Assembly: GCA_052279835.1 (NCBI GenBank)
Contig: CP181291.1
Location: 5,024,001-5,088,000, forward strand
DNA from: Microcoleus sp.
Lineage (GTDB): Bacteria; Cyanobacteriota; Cyanobacteriia; Cyanobacteriales; Microcoleaceae
Length of the DNA stretch: 64,000 nucleotides
Reading direction: 5' to 3'
The notes under the pieces were generated by a model. That model was not told where the DNA came from. It did no database searches and was given only the letters and a program-made list of their open reading frames with translations. Positions within the stretch are counted from its first letter, which is position 1, and the number at the start of each line of letters is the position of its first letter. Both the position numbers and the translations under genes were made by a program. Shown one piece after another: positions 30,159-41,119 of this stretch.

Positions 30159-32199
30159 CGCCGTACAAATCCTCCCACAAATTATCAGAAATCGCCGTTT
30201 CAATATCCCGCAGCGACACCCCAGCTTTCTGCACCACATCTATACGATGGAGAAATCTTTGGAAACTCGCGTGATAGATACTGTAATCGGGAGGACTATC
30301 ACCGCTACTGCGCAGAAACTGTTCCCAATCATCCAGAACTTCCTGCACATCCAAAGCATCTTCCTCAGCAAAATCCGCCAAAATATCGCAGCAAACCGGC
30401 TTGCGAGTTTTCGTCAACAAATAAATCACCTTCAACTTCCGGCGGCGCAATTCTTTATCTGGAATCGCCATTTCCATCCGCGCCCAATGCTTCTCATAAT
30501 ATCCTTTCAACTCCTTCGGCAAATCTTCCAAATTCACATCGCTGTACTTGCCGCTATCGATATCATTCAGCACGTAGCGCAGGTACATAAAATTGTTCTG
30601 GCTTTTTTGGGCCACCGCCTCCACAAACTGTTCGCGCTGCAAATTTTGACGGTTAATCCAACTCTGAATAGACGCGCTGTTCCCCGTGCGTTTATCAATA
30701 TAAACCTTGACATCCGCCAAACTTTCTGCACTGTACTGCATCAAATCAAAAACGTGATGATTACTTGGCAAATGCAGAGATTCCGGCCGCTTGGAAACAA
30801 TAAAATAAACATTATCCGGCAAAGCATCGGGCAAATACAAAACATTGCTGACGCGCCCCTGCAAACTCGAATCCACTTCATCCAGGGCATCGACGACAAT
30901 AATCAACTTTTTGCCGCCCAATTTAGCGCTGACTTCCCCCAACAATCGACTCAGAAAATTGCCATCTCTCGTCGCATTTTCCGGCAGTTGCGGATAATTT
31001 AGTTGAAAGCCTCGAATTAACTGAGTGCAGGCATTTTCCAGAAATTGTTCGGCGCGGACAATGCCTTGAGATTGCGAGTTAAAGTGGGCGACGCAGCGCC
31101 GCTTCAGCAGCAGCACTAACTTCGCCATAATTGAACTTTTCCCGACTCCCGGATCTGCTTCTAAAACAAAATAGCCTTTGGGATTTTTCTGCAAAAATTC
31201 GGCAATTGCTGCAAACACAAATCGCCGGCCGGTAAAGTCTTGAGTCCGGTCTGCAATAATCGTTTCGCACTCGTAGGGAAGTGGCAATCGAGGCGCGGAA
31301 GTATCAACAAATCGTTCCAGCAAATTCTGAATCTGCGCCAAATCGGATCGGATGCCAAGTTCTATTGATTCCAATTTCACCATCACTTGACAAATCTGCT
31401 GCTGCGTCGCCACCGCCTCCAACTTTTGCAGAATCTCCCCATTTTGCAGCCCCAAATCTCTCAATTCTGCCAAAGCAATTTGGTGAAGATTCAACAGCAT
31501 CGCCGCAAACTTTTCGCCTCCCTTCGCCGCATCCAGTTTCAGCACTTCGCGGTAGGCTTTCGGGAAAGTTGTATACAGCTTTTCCGCCACAAATTCCACA
31601 ATTTCCGCATCGAAGGATTTGCCCTCGCTGCGGGCGAATTCCTGCAGGAAACTTGCCCAATCTTCCGGTGTCAATCCCGTAACTCGATCGAACTCTTCGG
31701 CATCCGCAGAAAAAATCTTGGTTAGCTGGTCTTCGGAAATATTTAAACCCCTTGACAAGTCGGCTGTACTCGTGTTAATATCCAGCCAATATTCGGGAGT
31801 TTTTTCGGCTAATCGATCTAAAGCCCTTTCTGGGGAAGGCAATTTTTTGGTTTTGGCGATCGCAATTAATTCATCCGACTTCGCCACCTCTTTCAAAATA
31901 TAGCCGATCGCCTCACCCGCCGCTTTAGTCAAATCATGATTGTCCAGAATCCTCGGATTTTTTGCCAGTTTTTCCGTCATCCGATTTGCCACTTCATCCG
32001 CGGCCATAGTCTCAGCAATACTACCAGCAATTGCAGCTAAGATCGAAACTCCTCCAAGTGCGATCGGGCCGCCCATCATCCCCGCTGCTGCTTGTGTTCC
32101 CGGATTGGCGATCGCACTTGAAATAAGTTGCCCTACAGCCATCACCGCACTGCATCCAATCACCCGAACTTTTGTATTAGCTAAATCAACTAACGACAT
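30151..32199 (-). CDS. STAND (NACHT/AAA_16-like) P-loop NTPase with an uncharacterised N-terminal helical domain
   Basis: DFTGRRFV, Walker A ADPGVGKS, Walker B IIVVDALDE, NFMYL, LPKELKGYY, YSIYHASFQRFL. Confidence 0.88.
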   Translation of the reverse strand: MSLVDLANTKVRVIGCSAVMAVGQLISSAIANPGTQAAAGMMGGPIALGGVSILAAIAGSIAETMAADEVANRMTEKLAKNPRILDNHDLTKAAGEAIGYILKEVAKSDELIAIAKTKKLPSPERALDRLAEKTPEYWLDINTSTADLSRGLNISEDQLTKIFSADAEEFDRVTGLTPEDWASFLQEFARSEGKSFDAEIVEFVAEKLYTTFPKAYREVLKLDAAKGGEKFAAMLLNLHQIALAELRDLGLQNGEILQKLEAVATQQQICQVMVKLESIELGIRSDLAQIQNLLERFVDTSAPRLPLPYECETIIADRTQDFTGRRFVFAAIAEFLQKNPKGYFVLEADPGVGKSSIMAKLVLLLKRRCVAHFNSQSQGIVRAEQFLENACTQLIRGFQLNYPQLPENATRDGNFLSRLLGEVSAKLGGKKLIIVVDALDEVDSSLQGRVSNVLYLPDALPDNVYFIVSKRPESLHLPSNHHVFDLMQYSAESLADVKVYIDKRTGNSASIQSWINRQNLQREQFVEAVAQKSQNNFMYLRYVLNDIDSGKYSDVNLEDLPKELKGYYEKHWARMEMAIPDKELRRRKLKVIYLLTKTRKPVCCDILADFAEEDALDVQEVLDDWEQFLRSSGDSPPDYSIYHASFQRFLHRIDVVQKAGVSLRDIETAISDNLWEDLYGDE

Positions 32200-32298
32200 A
32201 ATTTAAACAATTCCCATATTTTGCCATAGTTTAGCGCGGGAAGATAATTAAATACAAGGATAATTTACCGGATTAACCAGAGACTTTAAATGCTCTTG

Positions 32299-32495
32299 TC
32301 CCCCCCTTATTAAGGGGGGCTAGGGGGGATCTGCGGGTTTTCAACTGAAGACTGAAACCCTCTGTATCTCTCGTTTGTATCGAAGTCTAGATCCCCCTAA
32401 ATCCCCCTTAAGAAGGGGGACTTTGAGAATGCTTCCAGTCTACCCTTGTAGGGGCAGTGCCCCCGTGCCTGCCCTCAAGGCGCCGGGGGGATCTC
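32299..32495. repeat. Cluster of short dispersed G/C hairpin repeats plus a GTAG REP
   Basis: CCCCCCTTATTAAGGGGGGCTAGGGGGGATC; GATCCCCCTAAATCCCCCTTAAGAAGGGGGAC; TGTAGGGGCAGTGCCCCCGTGCCTGCCC. Confidence 0.75.
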
Positions 32496-32628
32496 CAGGT
32501 TGTCAACCCCCAACACCCCCCACTCACCGATTTGTAAACTTTTTTATCAACCCGATCGCATAGCTTTTATTTGATAGATAATATGAGGTTATTTATTTTT
32601 AGCTACCCACAGATTGCACCAAAAAAAG

Positions 32629-32646
32629 TTTACCTTTCTTTACAAA
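32629..32646 (+). promoter_or_regulatory. HLR1-like (RpaB-binding) direct repeat upstream of psaE
   Basis: TTTACCTT-TC-TTTACAAA fits (G/T)TTACA(T/A)(T/A)-N2-repeat with one mismatch; HLR1 sites are known at PSI gene promoters. Confidence 0.55.
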
Positions 32647-32767
32647 TAACCACAAAAAACACCGTATAAAACAAAAATTTCCTGACAGACTTTAAATGCG
32701 TCGCGCGATCGACTAAAGTGAAAAAAATGGCTTGATCCGTTTATTCATCGCAAAGGAAAAAAAGCTC

Positions 32768-33139
32768 ATGGTTCAACGCGGTTCTACAGTTCGGATTCTC
32801 CGCAAAGAATCCTATTGGTATCAAGATGTGGGCACCGTTGCTACGGTAGACCAAAGCGGCATTAAATACCCAGTGATCGTTCGCTTTAACAACGTAAATT
32901 ATGCCGGTGTCAACACCAACAACTTCGCCCAAAGCGAATTAGTGGAAGTGTCACCACCCAAAGCCAAAGCCAAAACAACAGCTACCGGCGGCAAGCAAAC
33001 CACCCTCGACGAGAAAACCCGCAAAACCGGCAGTGGCGGCGCGCCCCAGCAGCCGAAAACTTCCGCCGACAGCAAGCCCGGAACAGAAGTTCCAGGCACT
33101 GTCGAAGGAGCCCCCAATCAAGGAACAGAACAGCGCTAA
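32768..33139 (+). CDS. psaE: Photosystem I subunit IV PsaE with a ~60-aa low-complexity C-terminal extension
   Basis: [54 protein letters not shown]. Confidence 0.95.
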   Translation: MVQRGSTVRILRKESYWYQDVGTVATVDQSGIKYPVIVRFNNVNYAGVNTNNFAQSELVEVSPPKAKAKTTATGGKQTTLDEKTRKTGSGGAPQQPKTSADSKPGTEVPGTVEGAPNQGTEQR

Positions 33140-33141
33140 TT

Positions 33142-34081
33142 GTGCCAGAAACTGCCAGAAGTAGAAACTATTTGCCGGGGGCTAAATCATCTCACCCTCG
33201 ATCGACCAATATGGGGCGGAGACGTGCTTTTAGAGAGCTCGATCGCCCGCTCCATCTCTGCGACCGATTTTTTGACAAAACTCAAAGGAAAGTCGATCGA
33301 GCGGTGGTACAGACGCGGCAAATACCTCCTGGCAGAACTATCTCAATGTAGGGGCGGTGCCCCCGTGCCCGCCCAGACCGTACTTCCTTCAACATCCCCA
33401 CTTGGGGGGGGCTGGGGGGGGTTGACTTCTTCTGTCTTCCTTCCTTCCCAAACTGGCTGGTTGGGAGTTCACCTGCGGATGACAGGTCAACTTCTGTGGG
33501 TGAATCAATCGGAACCGCTACCAAAACACACGCGAGTTAGGTTGTTGCTGGAGGGAAACCAAGAATTGCGGTTTGTAGACCAACGCACCTTCGGGCAAAT
33601 GTGGTATGTACCCCCGGAAACAGAGGTTTCCAGCGTCATCACCGGCCTCAAACTGTTGGGTCCAGAACCATTTTCAGCAGATTTTTCCATAGCATATTTT
33701 GCGCAAAAGCTACACCGACGGGCGCGACCAATTAAAACAGCGTTGCTAGACCAGTCTCTAGTGGCGGGTTTGGGCAATATTTACGCTGATGAAGCTTTGT
33801 TTGTGTCCGGGGTTTTGCCCACAACTCTGTGCGCTGATTTGACAGCAGACCAAATTGAGCGCATCCATGCAGCTATTATTCAAGTTTTGCAAAAGGCGAT
33901 CGCCTCTGGTGGCACTACTTTCAGCAATTTTCTCAACGTCCAAGGGGTAAACGGCAACTATGGGGGTGTTGCTTGGGTATATAACCGCAAAGGCCAACCT
34001 TGTCGCGCTTGCAGTACACCGATCGAACGGATAAAATTAGCAGGGCGATCGACTCATTTCTGCCCCGTTTGTCAAACATAG
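33142..34081 (+). pseudogene. mutM: Formamidopyrimidine-DNA glycosylase with an apparent +1 frameshift after codon 3 and an in-frame repeat insertion
   Basis: GTG CCA GAA (A) CTG CCA GAA GTA GAA gives MPELPEVE only if one A is removed; RRGKYL, HLRMTG, GLGNIYADE and C4 zinc finger are intact. Confidence 0.8.
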
Positions 34082-34135
34082 GAAGAAGTCAATGGATTTT
34101 AGATTGACTTCACTCAAATACTGGTTTTATTCCTC

Positions 34136-34185
34136 AGTCCGCGCAGGCGGACTTCGTTTATGTAGAAGCGATTTCAATCGCCGAG
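34136..34185. repeat. REP-like unit related to the 26851/27174 elements
   Basis: AGTCCGCGCAGGCGGACTTCGTTTATGTAGAAGCGATTTCAATCGCC. Confidence 0.65.
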
Positions 34186-34247
34186 TAACTTTAAAGGCAA
34201 ATCTAGATTAAAATTTGTATAGTTTTTTAAACTAAACAAAGCAAGTC

Positions 34248-34463
34248 ATGGCAATTAAAAAAGGTAGCATAGTCCGCGCCCTACGCGAAAAATTGGAAAA
34301 TAGTTTGGAAGCAAAAGCCAGCGATCGACGCTTTTCCTCCTATATATTTGAAACTAAGGGCGAAGTGCTCGATGTTCGTGGTGACTATGCCTTCGTCAAA
34401 TTTGGCAAAGTCCCTACCCCAAATATTTGGCTCCGGGTAGACCAACTCGAAGATTTCAACTAA
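34248..34463 (+). CDS. ndhO: NAD(P)H-quinone oxidoreductase (NDH-1) subunit O
   Basis: [51 protein letters not shown]; the psaE-fpg-ndhO order is typical of cyanobacteria. Confidence 0.92.
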   Translation: MAIKKGSIVRALREKLENSLEAKASDRRFSSYIFETKGEVLDVRGDYAFVKFGKVPTPNIWLRVDQLEDFN

Positions 34464-34467
34464 TTTT

Positions 34468-34579
34468 AACTGGTTCCCACGCTCTGCCTGGGAAACCATA
34501 CCCACAGGCTCTGCCTCGCTTGGGAAATTGGAGGCAGAGCCGACCCATCTGCGTTCCCAGGCTCTTCCTGGGAACGAGT
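34468..34579. repeat. GTTCCCA..TGGGAA / GGCTCTGCCTC REP-doublet element; inverted copy at 50257-50400
   Basis: AACTGGTTCCCACGCTCTGCCTGGGAA..GGCTCTGCCTC..GAGGCAGAGCC..GTTCCCAGGCTCTTCCTGGGAACGAG. Confidence 0.75.
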
Positions 34580-34630
34580 AAACGAGTAATAAGTAAAATC
34601 TAACATCCAAAATCTCAAATCTAAAATAGA

Positions 34631-35608
34631 ATGACTTCTATCAATTCCAGTACCTCAAATTGTCCATCAACTCGCGTCTCAATTATTGGTGCAGGGAAAG
34701 TTGGCAGTACCTTAGCCCAGCGGATAGCTGAAAAAAATCTGGCTGATGTGGTATTGCTCGATATTGTGGAAGGTTGGCCCCAGGGTGTAGCTTTGGATTT
34801 GATGCAAGCAAGGGGTGTAGAACGACACGATCGCCAAATTATCGGTACAAACCACTATGCTGATACTGCTAACTCAAACATCATCGTCATTACCGCAGGT
34901 ATACCACGCAAGCCCGGTATTAATCGCGAAGATTTAATTAAAATCAATGCTAAAATTGTTACTGAAGCCGCACAACAGGCGATCGCCTATTCCCCCGAAG
35001 CAATCTTAATCGTAGTCACCAATCCCCTCGATGTCATGACCTATTTAGCCTGGGAAGCTACGGGTTTACCAAAACACCGAGTCATGGGTATGGCAGGAAT
35101 TCTCGACTCATCCCGCTTCCAAACTTTTATTGCCATGGAATTGGGTATTTCTATTGCTGAAGTGAATGCCACCGTCCTCGGTTCTCATGGAGATTTGATG
35201 GTTCCTTTACCCCGCTATTCTACAGTCAATGGTATTCCCATTAGTCAACTTATGGATGCAAGGACGATCGCACGTTTAGTCGATCGGACCCGTCACGGAG
35301 GCGCAGAAATAGTCACTTTAATGAAAACTTCTAGTGCCTATTTTGCACCAGCCTCTTCTGTTTCTGTAATGATAGAATCAATCCTCTTGAATCAGTCTCG
35401 AATATTGCCTTGCTGCGTTTATTTGCAGGGTCAATACGGCGTACAAGATATGTTTTTAGGTGTTCCCTGTCGCTTGGGATATCAGGGTGTGGAACAGGTA
35501 GTAGAACTAGATCTCAGTGATACAGAAAGAGCTGCTTTCATGGAATGTAGCAAATTAGTTTGGCAAAGCATTGAAGAAGCCAAGGCTATCTTGAATCATT
35601 CTGATTAA
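34631..35608 (+). CDS. mdh: Malate dehydrogenase (LDH-like)
   Basis: IIGAGKVG, TAGIPRKPGINREDL, VTNPLD, LDSSRF, GSHGD. Confidence 0.93.
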   Translation: MTSINSSTSNCPSTRVSIIGAGKVGSTLAQRIAEKNLADVVLLDIVEGWPQGVALDLMQARGVERHDRQIIGTNHYADTANSNIIVITAGIPRKPGINREDLIKINAKIVTEAAQQAIAYSPEAILIVVTNPLDVMTYLAWEATGLPKHRVMGMAGILDSSRFQTFIAMELGISIAEVNATVLGSHGDLMVPLPRYSTVNGIPISQLMDARTIARLVDRTRHGGAEIVTLMKTSSAYFAPASSVSVMIESILLNQSRILPCCVYLQGQYGVQDMFLGVPCRLGYQGVEQVVELDLSDTERAAFMECSKLVWQSIEEAKAILNHSD

Positions 35609-36001
35609 AAGCCTAGGTTTTTCCGAAAAAATCTGGTATACATCTTAAAATAGCATAAAATACTGGTTGTAGCATAGGTTGCAGGAAGAAGGAAGAGTCA
35701 ATAACAGCAATACTTTCAGCCCTCAAAAATCTCCTAATCGTCAGGGCGGTTGCTATAATAGTTAAAGATAGAAACCCCCGATGCGCTCAGGAGTTTGTTA
35801 ATTGCTAAAATCCTTGATGGGATTGCTTATTGCTTCTTCGTTCCACCTCTGTTATAACCGGTCTGAATCAATTGTCTAATTCTTTTAGGACCAAAGCGCA
35901 GCGGAGGGATTCCCCCCTGGTTGCGCCAATCTATTCGGGTAAGGCACACACCATCCACTATCCCTAAAGTTTTTGCACCACTCATTTAAGCTTACTATCT
36001 A

Positions 36002-36107
36002 ATATCAATTCCTGTCTTCATCGGAATTATTCATTTCTCTCTGATCTCTCTGTGTTCTCTGTGTTCTAGTAAGGTTAAATCATTCCGATGCAACCCGAAA
36101 CGATATA
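36002..36107. mobile_element. MITE-like element with the same terminal repeats as 14961-15112
   Basis: ATATCAATTCCTGTCTTCATCGGAAT...ATTCCGATGCAACCCGAAACGATAT. Confidence 0.6.
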
Positions 36108-36540
36108 ACAGGGAAAATTAGCTCAAATACCATCGGATCAATTCCCATAAATTGGAGCAAATACGCTACCTAAAGAAGAGTTATTATCACCGTCAGGACG
36201 ATCGCCAATTAAGTTTGCAGTTATCATAGGAATGTGATAATTAAAACAAACACAGATGGTAAAAAATGTCAAAATAAGTAAAATCTAAAATTAAATACCA
36301 TTGATACCTTACCAAATAATCGAGGGCAAAATCAATCACTAAAAGTACAAAAAATGTACGCAGCTTAAAGGACGGTAAAAAATAACACTTGGTAAGATCC
36401 GTATAATTTGCTGGGGAGTAACCGGAAAATCAACAGCAGTTGCTATGAAGTCGCATTATTTACCAAACTCAAATCAAGATCGCTAATTGGGGTGTCGGCT
36501 AAATCTATACCAAACCACACAATAACTAAAGAGATACTAT

Positions 36541-39500
36541 ATGTTTCATCAATACCTGTATAACGAAGTAACCAGCCTGCGGATGAAATTAATTCATCTA
36601 GAAAGAGAAATGCAGTCTCAAACCTGGTTCAAAAAGCTACAAGCATTGATGCGAGTAATTAACAAAATTCGTGAATCCCTAGACTTAGAAACCATATTCA
36701 AAACCACAAGCACAGAAGTCCGGCAACTCCTAAATGCCGATCGCGTCGCCATTTATCGCTTCATCCCCGACTCCCAATGGAACGACGGCGAAATAGTATC
36801 CGAAGACGTACTACCCCAATACAGCCCCTCCCTAGGCGCACAAGTTCACGACCACTGCTTCGGAGAACAATTTGCCGCCAACTACGAAAAAGGCTACGTT
36901 CAAGCTGTCCGTGATATCTATCAAGCGCGATTGAGTCCTTGTCACCTGAAAATTCTCAAACGATTTCAAATCCGAGCAAACTTAGTCGTACCACTTCTGC
37001 AAGGGCAGCATTTGTGGGGATTGCTGTGCATTCACCAGTGTGGCAAACCCCGTGATTGGCAAGAAGACGAAATCGAATTTGCCAAGCAAATAGGAGAACA
37101 CCTAGCGATCGCCATCTACCAAGCCGGACTACACTCGCAAACTCAGCAACAATTAGTAGAAATCGCTCGCACCCAGCAACAACTACGGGAAAGCGAAACA
37201 AGATATCACCAAATCCTCGACTCGATCGGCGACATGGTATTAGTCAAAGGCCCAGAATCAAAAATCGTCTGGGCTAACCAAGCATTCCGCGACTATTACG
37301 GCATGAGTGAAGAAGAAATCGCAGGAATTATAGACGCACCTTTCAATATTCCTGACAATACTATCCAATATATTAAAGATGATACTTTTGTATTTGAAAC
37401 CGGACAAACTCTCCAAATTTCCGAAGAACCGGTCACGCGACACGATGGAGAAGTGCGACTGTTTAGTACAGTAAAAACACCGATTCGCAATGCAGAAGGT
37501 GAGATTACAATGACCGTCGGTGTCTCCCGCGACATGACGGAACGAAAACGATGGGAAGAAGCACTGCAAGCGAGCGAAACCAAATACCGTCGCCTAGTAG
37601 AAACCTCCCAAGACATGATTTGGTCAGTCGATGCCCAAGGTTGCTATACTTTCGTCAACCCAGCAGTTAAATACATCTACGGTTACGAACCAGAAGAAAT
37701 GCTTGGTAGACCTTTCTCTGACTTTGTAGTCCCAGAACAACTTGAGAAAGATTTAGAAGCTTTCGCCCGGTTGCTGATAGGAGAATCCATGGTGGTACAG
37801 CACGAGACTGTGCAAATTGCCAAAGACGGCAGCCTCAAACACTTGATGTTCAATGCGATCGCCCTGTACGATGACACAGGAAACATCCTCGGCACCACAG
37901 GCACGGCTACCGACATTACCGCTCGCAAGCGCGCAGAAGCAGCCTTGCAACACGCCAACGCAGAGCTAGAGCGCAGAGTAGAAGCCCGCACCGCCGAATT
38001 GCGACAGACTTTTGCAGCCCTCAGTGCCAGCGAAGCCAGATTTAGAACCATCGCAGCCACCCTCCCTGGAGCTTTGTTCCAGTTTTGCAGCCGCAACGGA
38101 GTTTGGCAAATTGACTACATGAGCGATCGCATCTTCGATATCAGCGGTGTCACAGCAACAGAAATGATGCGAGATATGAATATATTCATCTCTCGCATCC
38201 ACCCAGATGACTCCCCAGGCTACCTCGCTTCCGTTACCGCAGCCGTAGAAAACCTTTCCCTGTGGCACTACGAAGGACGATTAGTCAAGCCCGACGGCGA
38301 AATTCGCTGGTGGCAGGGTGACTCCATGCCCACCCGCATCGAAAATGGCGAAATCGTATTTTGCGGAGTTTTGCTCGATATCACCGATCGCAAACTGGCA
38401 GAAAGTGGTATTCGCGAAAGCCAACGACAGTTAAAAGAAGCCCAAAGACTAGCCCATGTAGGCAATTGGGAACTCGATGCCACCACCGAAACCGTCACTT
38501 GGTCTGAGGAACTTTTCCGCATCTTCGGACTCGAACCGGCCGCCACAGCACCCACCAGAGCAGAACAAGTCGCTCTGATCCATCCAGAAGATGTGGAATT
38601 GTGGACGAGGGAGGTACAGCGGGGACTTGACTTGGGCATCCCCTTTGATTTTGACTTCCGTCTTTACCGCCCCGATGGTACTCTGCGACACCTCAACGCC
38701 GTCGGTCGCTCTCAAACCGATGCTCATGGCAACGTGGTAAAATTGTTCGGCACGGCGATCGACATTACCGATCGCAAAAACGCTGAAGCAGCCCTGCGAC
38801 AAGCAGCAGTCGAGTTGGAAGACAGGGTGAGCGAACGCACAGCCGAATTGTGGCAAGCAGTCGCCCAGTTAGAACTGGAAATTAGCGATCGCAAAAACGC
38901 TGAAGCAGCAGTCCAAATTTCCGAACAAAACCTACGAACTATATTTAACAATGTCTACGATGCTATCTTCATTCATGATTTAGAAGGTCAAATTCTCGAT
39001 GTTAATAATCGAATGTTAGAAATGTATGGAGTTAGCGCCTCCCAAGCCACTAAACTATCATTTAAAAATGACTATTCCACGACCGAAAATCCCTTTGCAG
39101 AATTTGCAGAAATTTGGCAAAGGGTAATAGCAGGAGAAACAGCCCGCATTGAATGGAAAGCTAGGCGTCCCCATGACAATTCAACATTTGATGCAGAAAT
39201 AGCCTTGTCTCAAATTAATCTCAACGGCAATGTTAGTATCATTGCCAACGTCCGAGATATTAGCGCTCGCAAACTGGCCGAAGCCGAATTGCAACGCACC
39301 CAAAAATTCATGGAATCTGTGCTCCAAACCATACCAGTAGGAGTAGTTGCCAAATCAGCCACAGACTTACGATTTGTACTGTGGAATCCAGCCGCCGAAC
39401 ACTTATTCGGTTTTTCTGCCACAGAAGTTATGGGCAAAAATGATTTTGACTTTTTCCCCAGAGAACAAGCCCAAACTTTTATGAGCAAAGACCGGGAAGT

Positions 39501-41103
39501 TCTCAACAATAGGCAACTTGTAGATATCGCGGAAGAAGAAATTCAAATAGCTACAGGATCATCGCGGATATTTCATACTAAAAAAACCGCAATTGTCGAT
39601 GCCTATGGTCAGCCAGAATATTTATTAGCAATTACCGAAGATGTTACCAATCGCAAGCTAGCAGAACTTAGTTTGAGACGCTCTTCAGCCATACTCAAGC
39701 AGCAAGCCGATCGAGAAAAATTGCTCAATATTCTCATAACTCAAATCCGCAATTCCCTCGACTTTGACAACATCATTGCTGTCGCCGTCAAAGAAATTCA
39801 AGCCTTCATGCAAATTGACCGTTGCAATTTTGCCTGGTATCGCAGCGAACAATCAGAGCCTGTCTGGGAAGTGATTAAAGAATCTCGCAACCCCGAAATT
39901 CCCGATTTTATCGGTTGCTATTCAGCTTCTGAGTTCGGCACTTTAGGAGAAAATCTATTGCGTCTAGAAACAGTGAAAATCGATGACGTTGAATTAGTTA
40001 CAGATCCTATTTGGAAACAGAGGCTCCAATCGATGTGCTATCGATCGCTATTAATCATCCCGATGCAAGCACTGTCGGGGGTAGTCAGTGTGATTAGTTG
40101 CAGCAATAGCAATGCTGTCCGCCCCTGGAGTGATAGCGAAGTAGAATTATTGCAAGCAATTACAGTTCAATTGGCGATCGCCCTCAATCAAGCAGATCTT
40201 TACACTCAAACTCTCAATAAAGCTCGCGAATTAGAACACACATTGGGTAAATTAACTAGCGCTCAATCCCAGTTAGTTCAAAGCGAAAAAATGTCATCTC
40301 TCGGTCAGTTAGTTGCGGGGGTAGCCCACGAGATTAACAACCCAGTTAACTTTATTTACGGCAACCTTAGCCATGCTAACGAATATACCCAAGACTTACT
40401 ACACCTGATCGAACTTTACCAAAACCACTATCCAGAACCAGTACCCGAAATTCAAGAAGAAGTAGAAAATATTGAACTTGATTTTCTCATGGAAGATTTG
40501 CCTAAATTACTGACATCCATGAAAGTCGGTGCCGATCGCATTCAACAAATTGTGGCTTCTCTCCGCACATTTTCTCGCATGGACGAAGCGGAAATGAAAG
40601 CAGTCAACATTCATGAGGGCATAGATAGCACTTTGATGATCTTGCAGCACCGACTTAAAGCTAAACACAATCATCCAGAGATTCCGGTGATTAAAGAATA
40701 CGCTGACTTGCCTTTAGTGGAATGTTATGCGGGACAGTTAAATCAAGTATTTATGAATGTTTTGAGCAATGCTTTAGATGCTTTGGAAGAACGAGATTTG
40801 GGTCGTTCTACTGACGAAATGCGACAAAATCCTAGTATCATCTCCATTAAAACAGAAATGTCCAAACCCGATCGCGTACTCGTCAAGATAGCTGACAATG
40901 GACCTGGAATGCCAGAGAATGTTCGGAATCGACTCTTTGACCCATTTTTTACTACCAAAGCTGTAGGTAAAGGTACTGGAATGGGTTTGTCCATTAGCTA
41001 CCAAATTATTACCGACAGACACGGCGGCTCCCTGCAATGCACTTCTTCCCTAGGAAACGGTGCAGAATTTGCGATCGAGATTCCACTGAAAACTAATTGT
41101 TAA
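36541..41103 (+). CDS. Multi-sensor histidine kinase: DXCF-type cyanobacteriochrome GAF, about six PAS/PAC domains, second GAF, HisKA, HATPase
   Basis: GAF with HDHCF and PCH cysteines and [10 protein letters not shown]; repeated DITDRK PAC ends; [20 protein letters not shown]. Confidence 0.92.
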   Translation: MFHQYLYNEVTSLRMKLIHLEREMQSQTWFKKLQALMRVINKIRESLDLETIFKTTSTEVRQLLNADRVAIYRFIPDSQWNDGEIVSEDVLPQYSPSLGAQVHDHCFGEQFAANYEKGYVQAVRDIYQARLSPCHLKILKRFQIRANLVVPLLQGQHLWGLLCIHQCGKPRDWQEDEIEFAKQIGEHLAIAIYQAGLHSQTQQQLVEIARTQQQLRESETRYHQILDSIGDMVLVKGPESKIVWANQAFRDYYGMSEEEIAGIIDAPFNIPDNTIQYIKDDTFVFETGQTLQISEEPVTRHDGEVRLFSTVKTPIRNAEGEITMTVGVSRDMTERKRWEEALQASETKYRRLVETSQDMIWSVDAQGCYTFVNPAVKYIYGYEPEEMLGRPFSDFVVPEQLEKDLEAFARLLIGESMVVQHETVQIAKDGSLKHLMFNAIALYDDTGNILGTTGTATDITARKRAEAALQHANAELERRVEARTAELRQTFAALSASEARFRTIAATLPGALFQFCSRNGVWQIDYMSDRIFDISGVTATEMMRDMNIFISRIHPDDSPGYLASVTAAVENLSLWHYEGRLVKPDGEIRWWQGDSMPTRIENGEIVFCGVLLDITDRKLAESGIRESQRQLKEAQRLAHVGNWELDATTETVTWSEELFRIFGLEPAATAPTRAEQVALIHPEDVELWTREVQRGLDLGIPFDFDFRLYRPDGTLRHLNAVGRSQTDAHGNVVKLFGTAIDITDRKNAEAALRQAAVELEDRVSERTAELWQAVAQLELEISDRKNAEAAVQISEQNLRTIFNNVYDAIFIHDLEGQILDVNNRMLEMYGVSASQATKLSFKNDYSTTENPFAEFAEIWQRVIAGETARIEWKARRPHDNSTFDAEIALSQINLNGNVSIIANVRDISARKLAEAELQRTQKFMESVLQTIPVGVVAKSATDLRFVLWNPAAEHLFGFSATEVMGKNDFDFFPREQAQTFMSKDREVLNNRQLVDIAEEEIQIATGSSRIFHTKKTAIVDAYGQPEYLLAITEDVTNRKLAELSLRRSSAILKQQADREKLLNILITQIRNSLDFDNIIAVAVKEIQAFMQIDRCNFAWYRSEQSEPVWEVIKESRNPEIPDFIGCYSASEFGTLGENLLRLETVKIDDVELVTDPIWKQRLQSMCYRSLLIIPMQALSGVVSVISCSNSNAVRPWSDSEVELLQAITVQLAIALNQADLYTQTLNKARELEHTLGKLTSAQSQLVQSEKMSSLGQLVAGVAHEINNPVNFIYGNLSHANEYTQDLLHLIELYQNHYPEPVPEIQEEVENIELDFLMEDLPKLLTSMKVGADRIQQIVASLRTFSRMDEAEMKAVNIHEGIDSTLMILQHRLKAKHNHPEIPVIKEYADLPLVECYAGQLNQVFMNVLSNALDALEERDLGRSTDEMRQNPSIISIKTEMSKPDRVLVKIADNGPGMPENVRNRLFDPFFTTKAVGKGTGMGLSISYQIITDRHGGSLQCTSSLGNGAEFAIEIPLKTNC

Positions 41104-41119
41104 TCACCCATGTCCATAA

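Noticed and set aside
30247..31002. 251-aa plus-strand ORF and other antisense ORFs inside long genes
   Set aside because: They lie opposite well-supported CDSs and show no recognisable motifs
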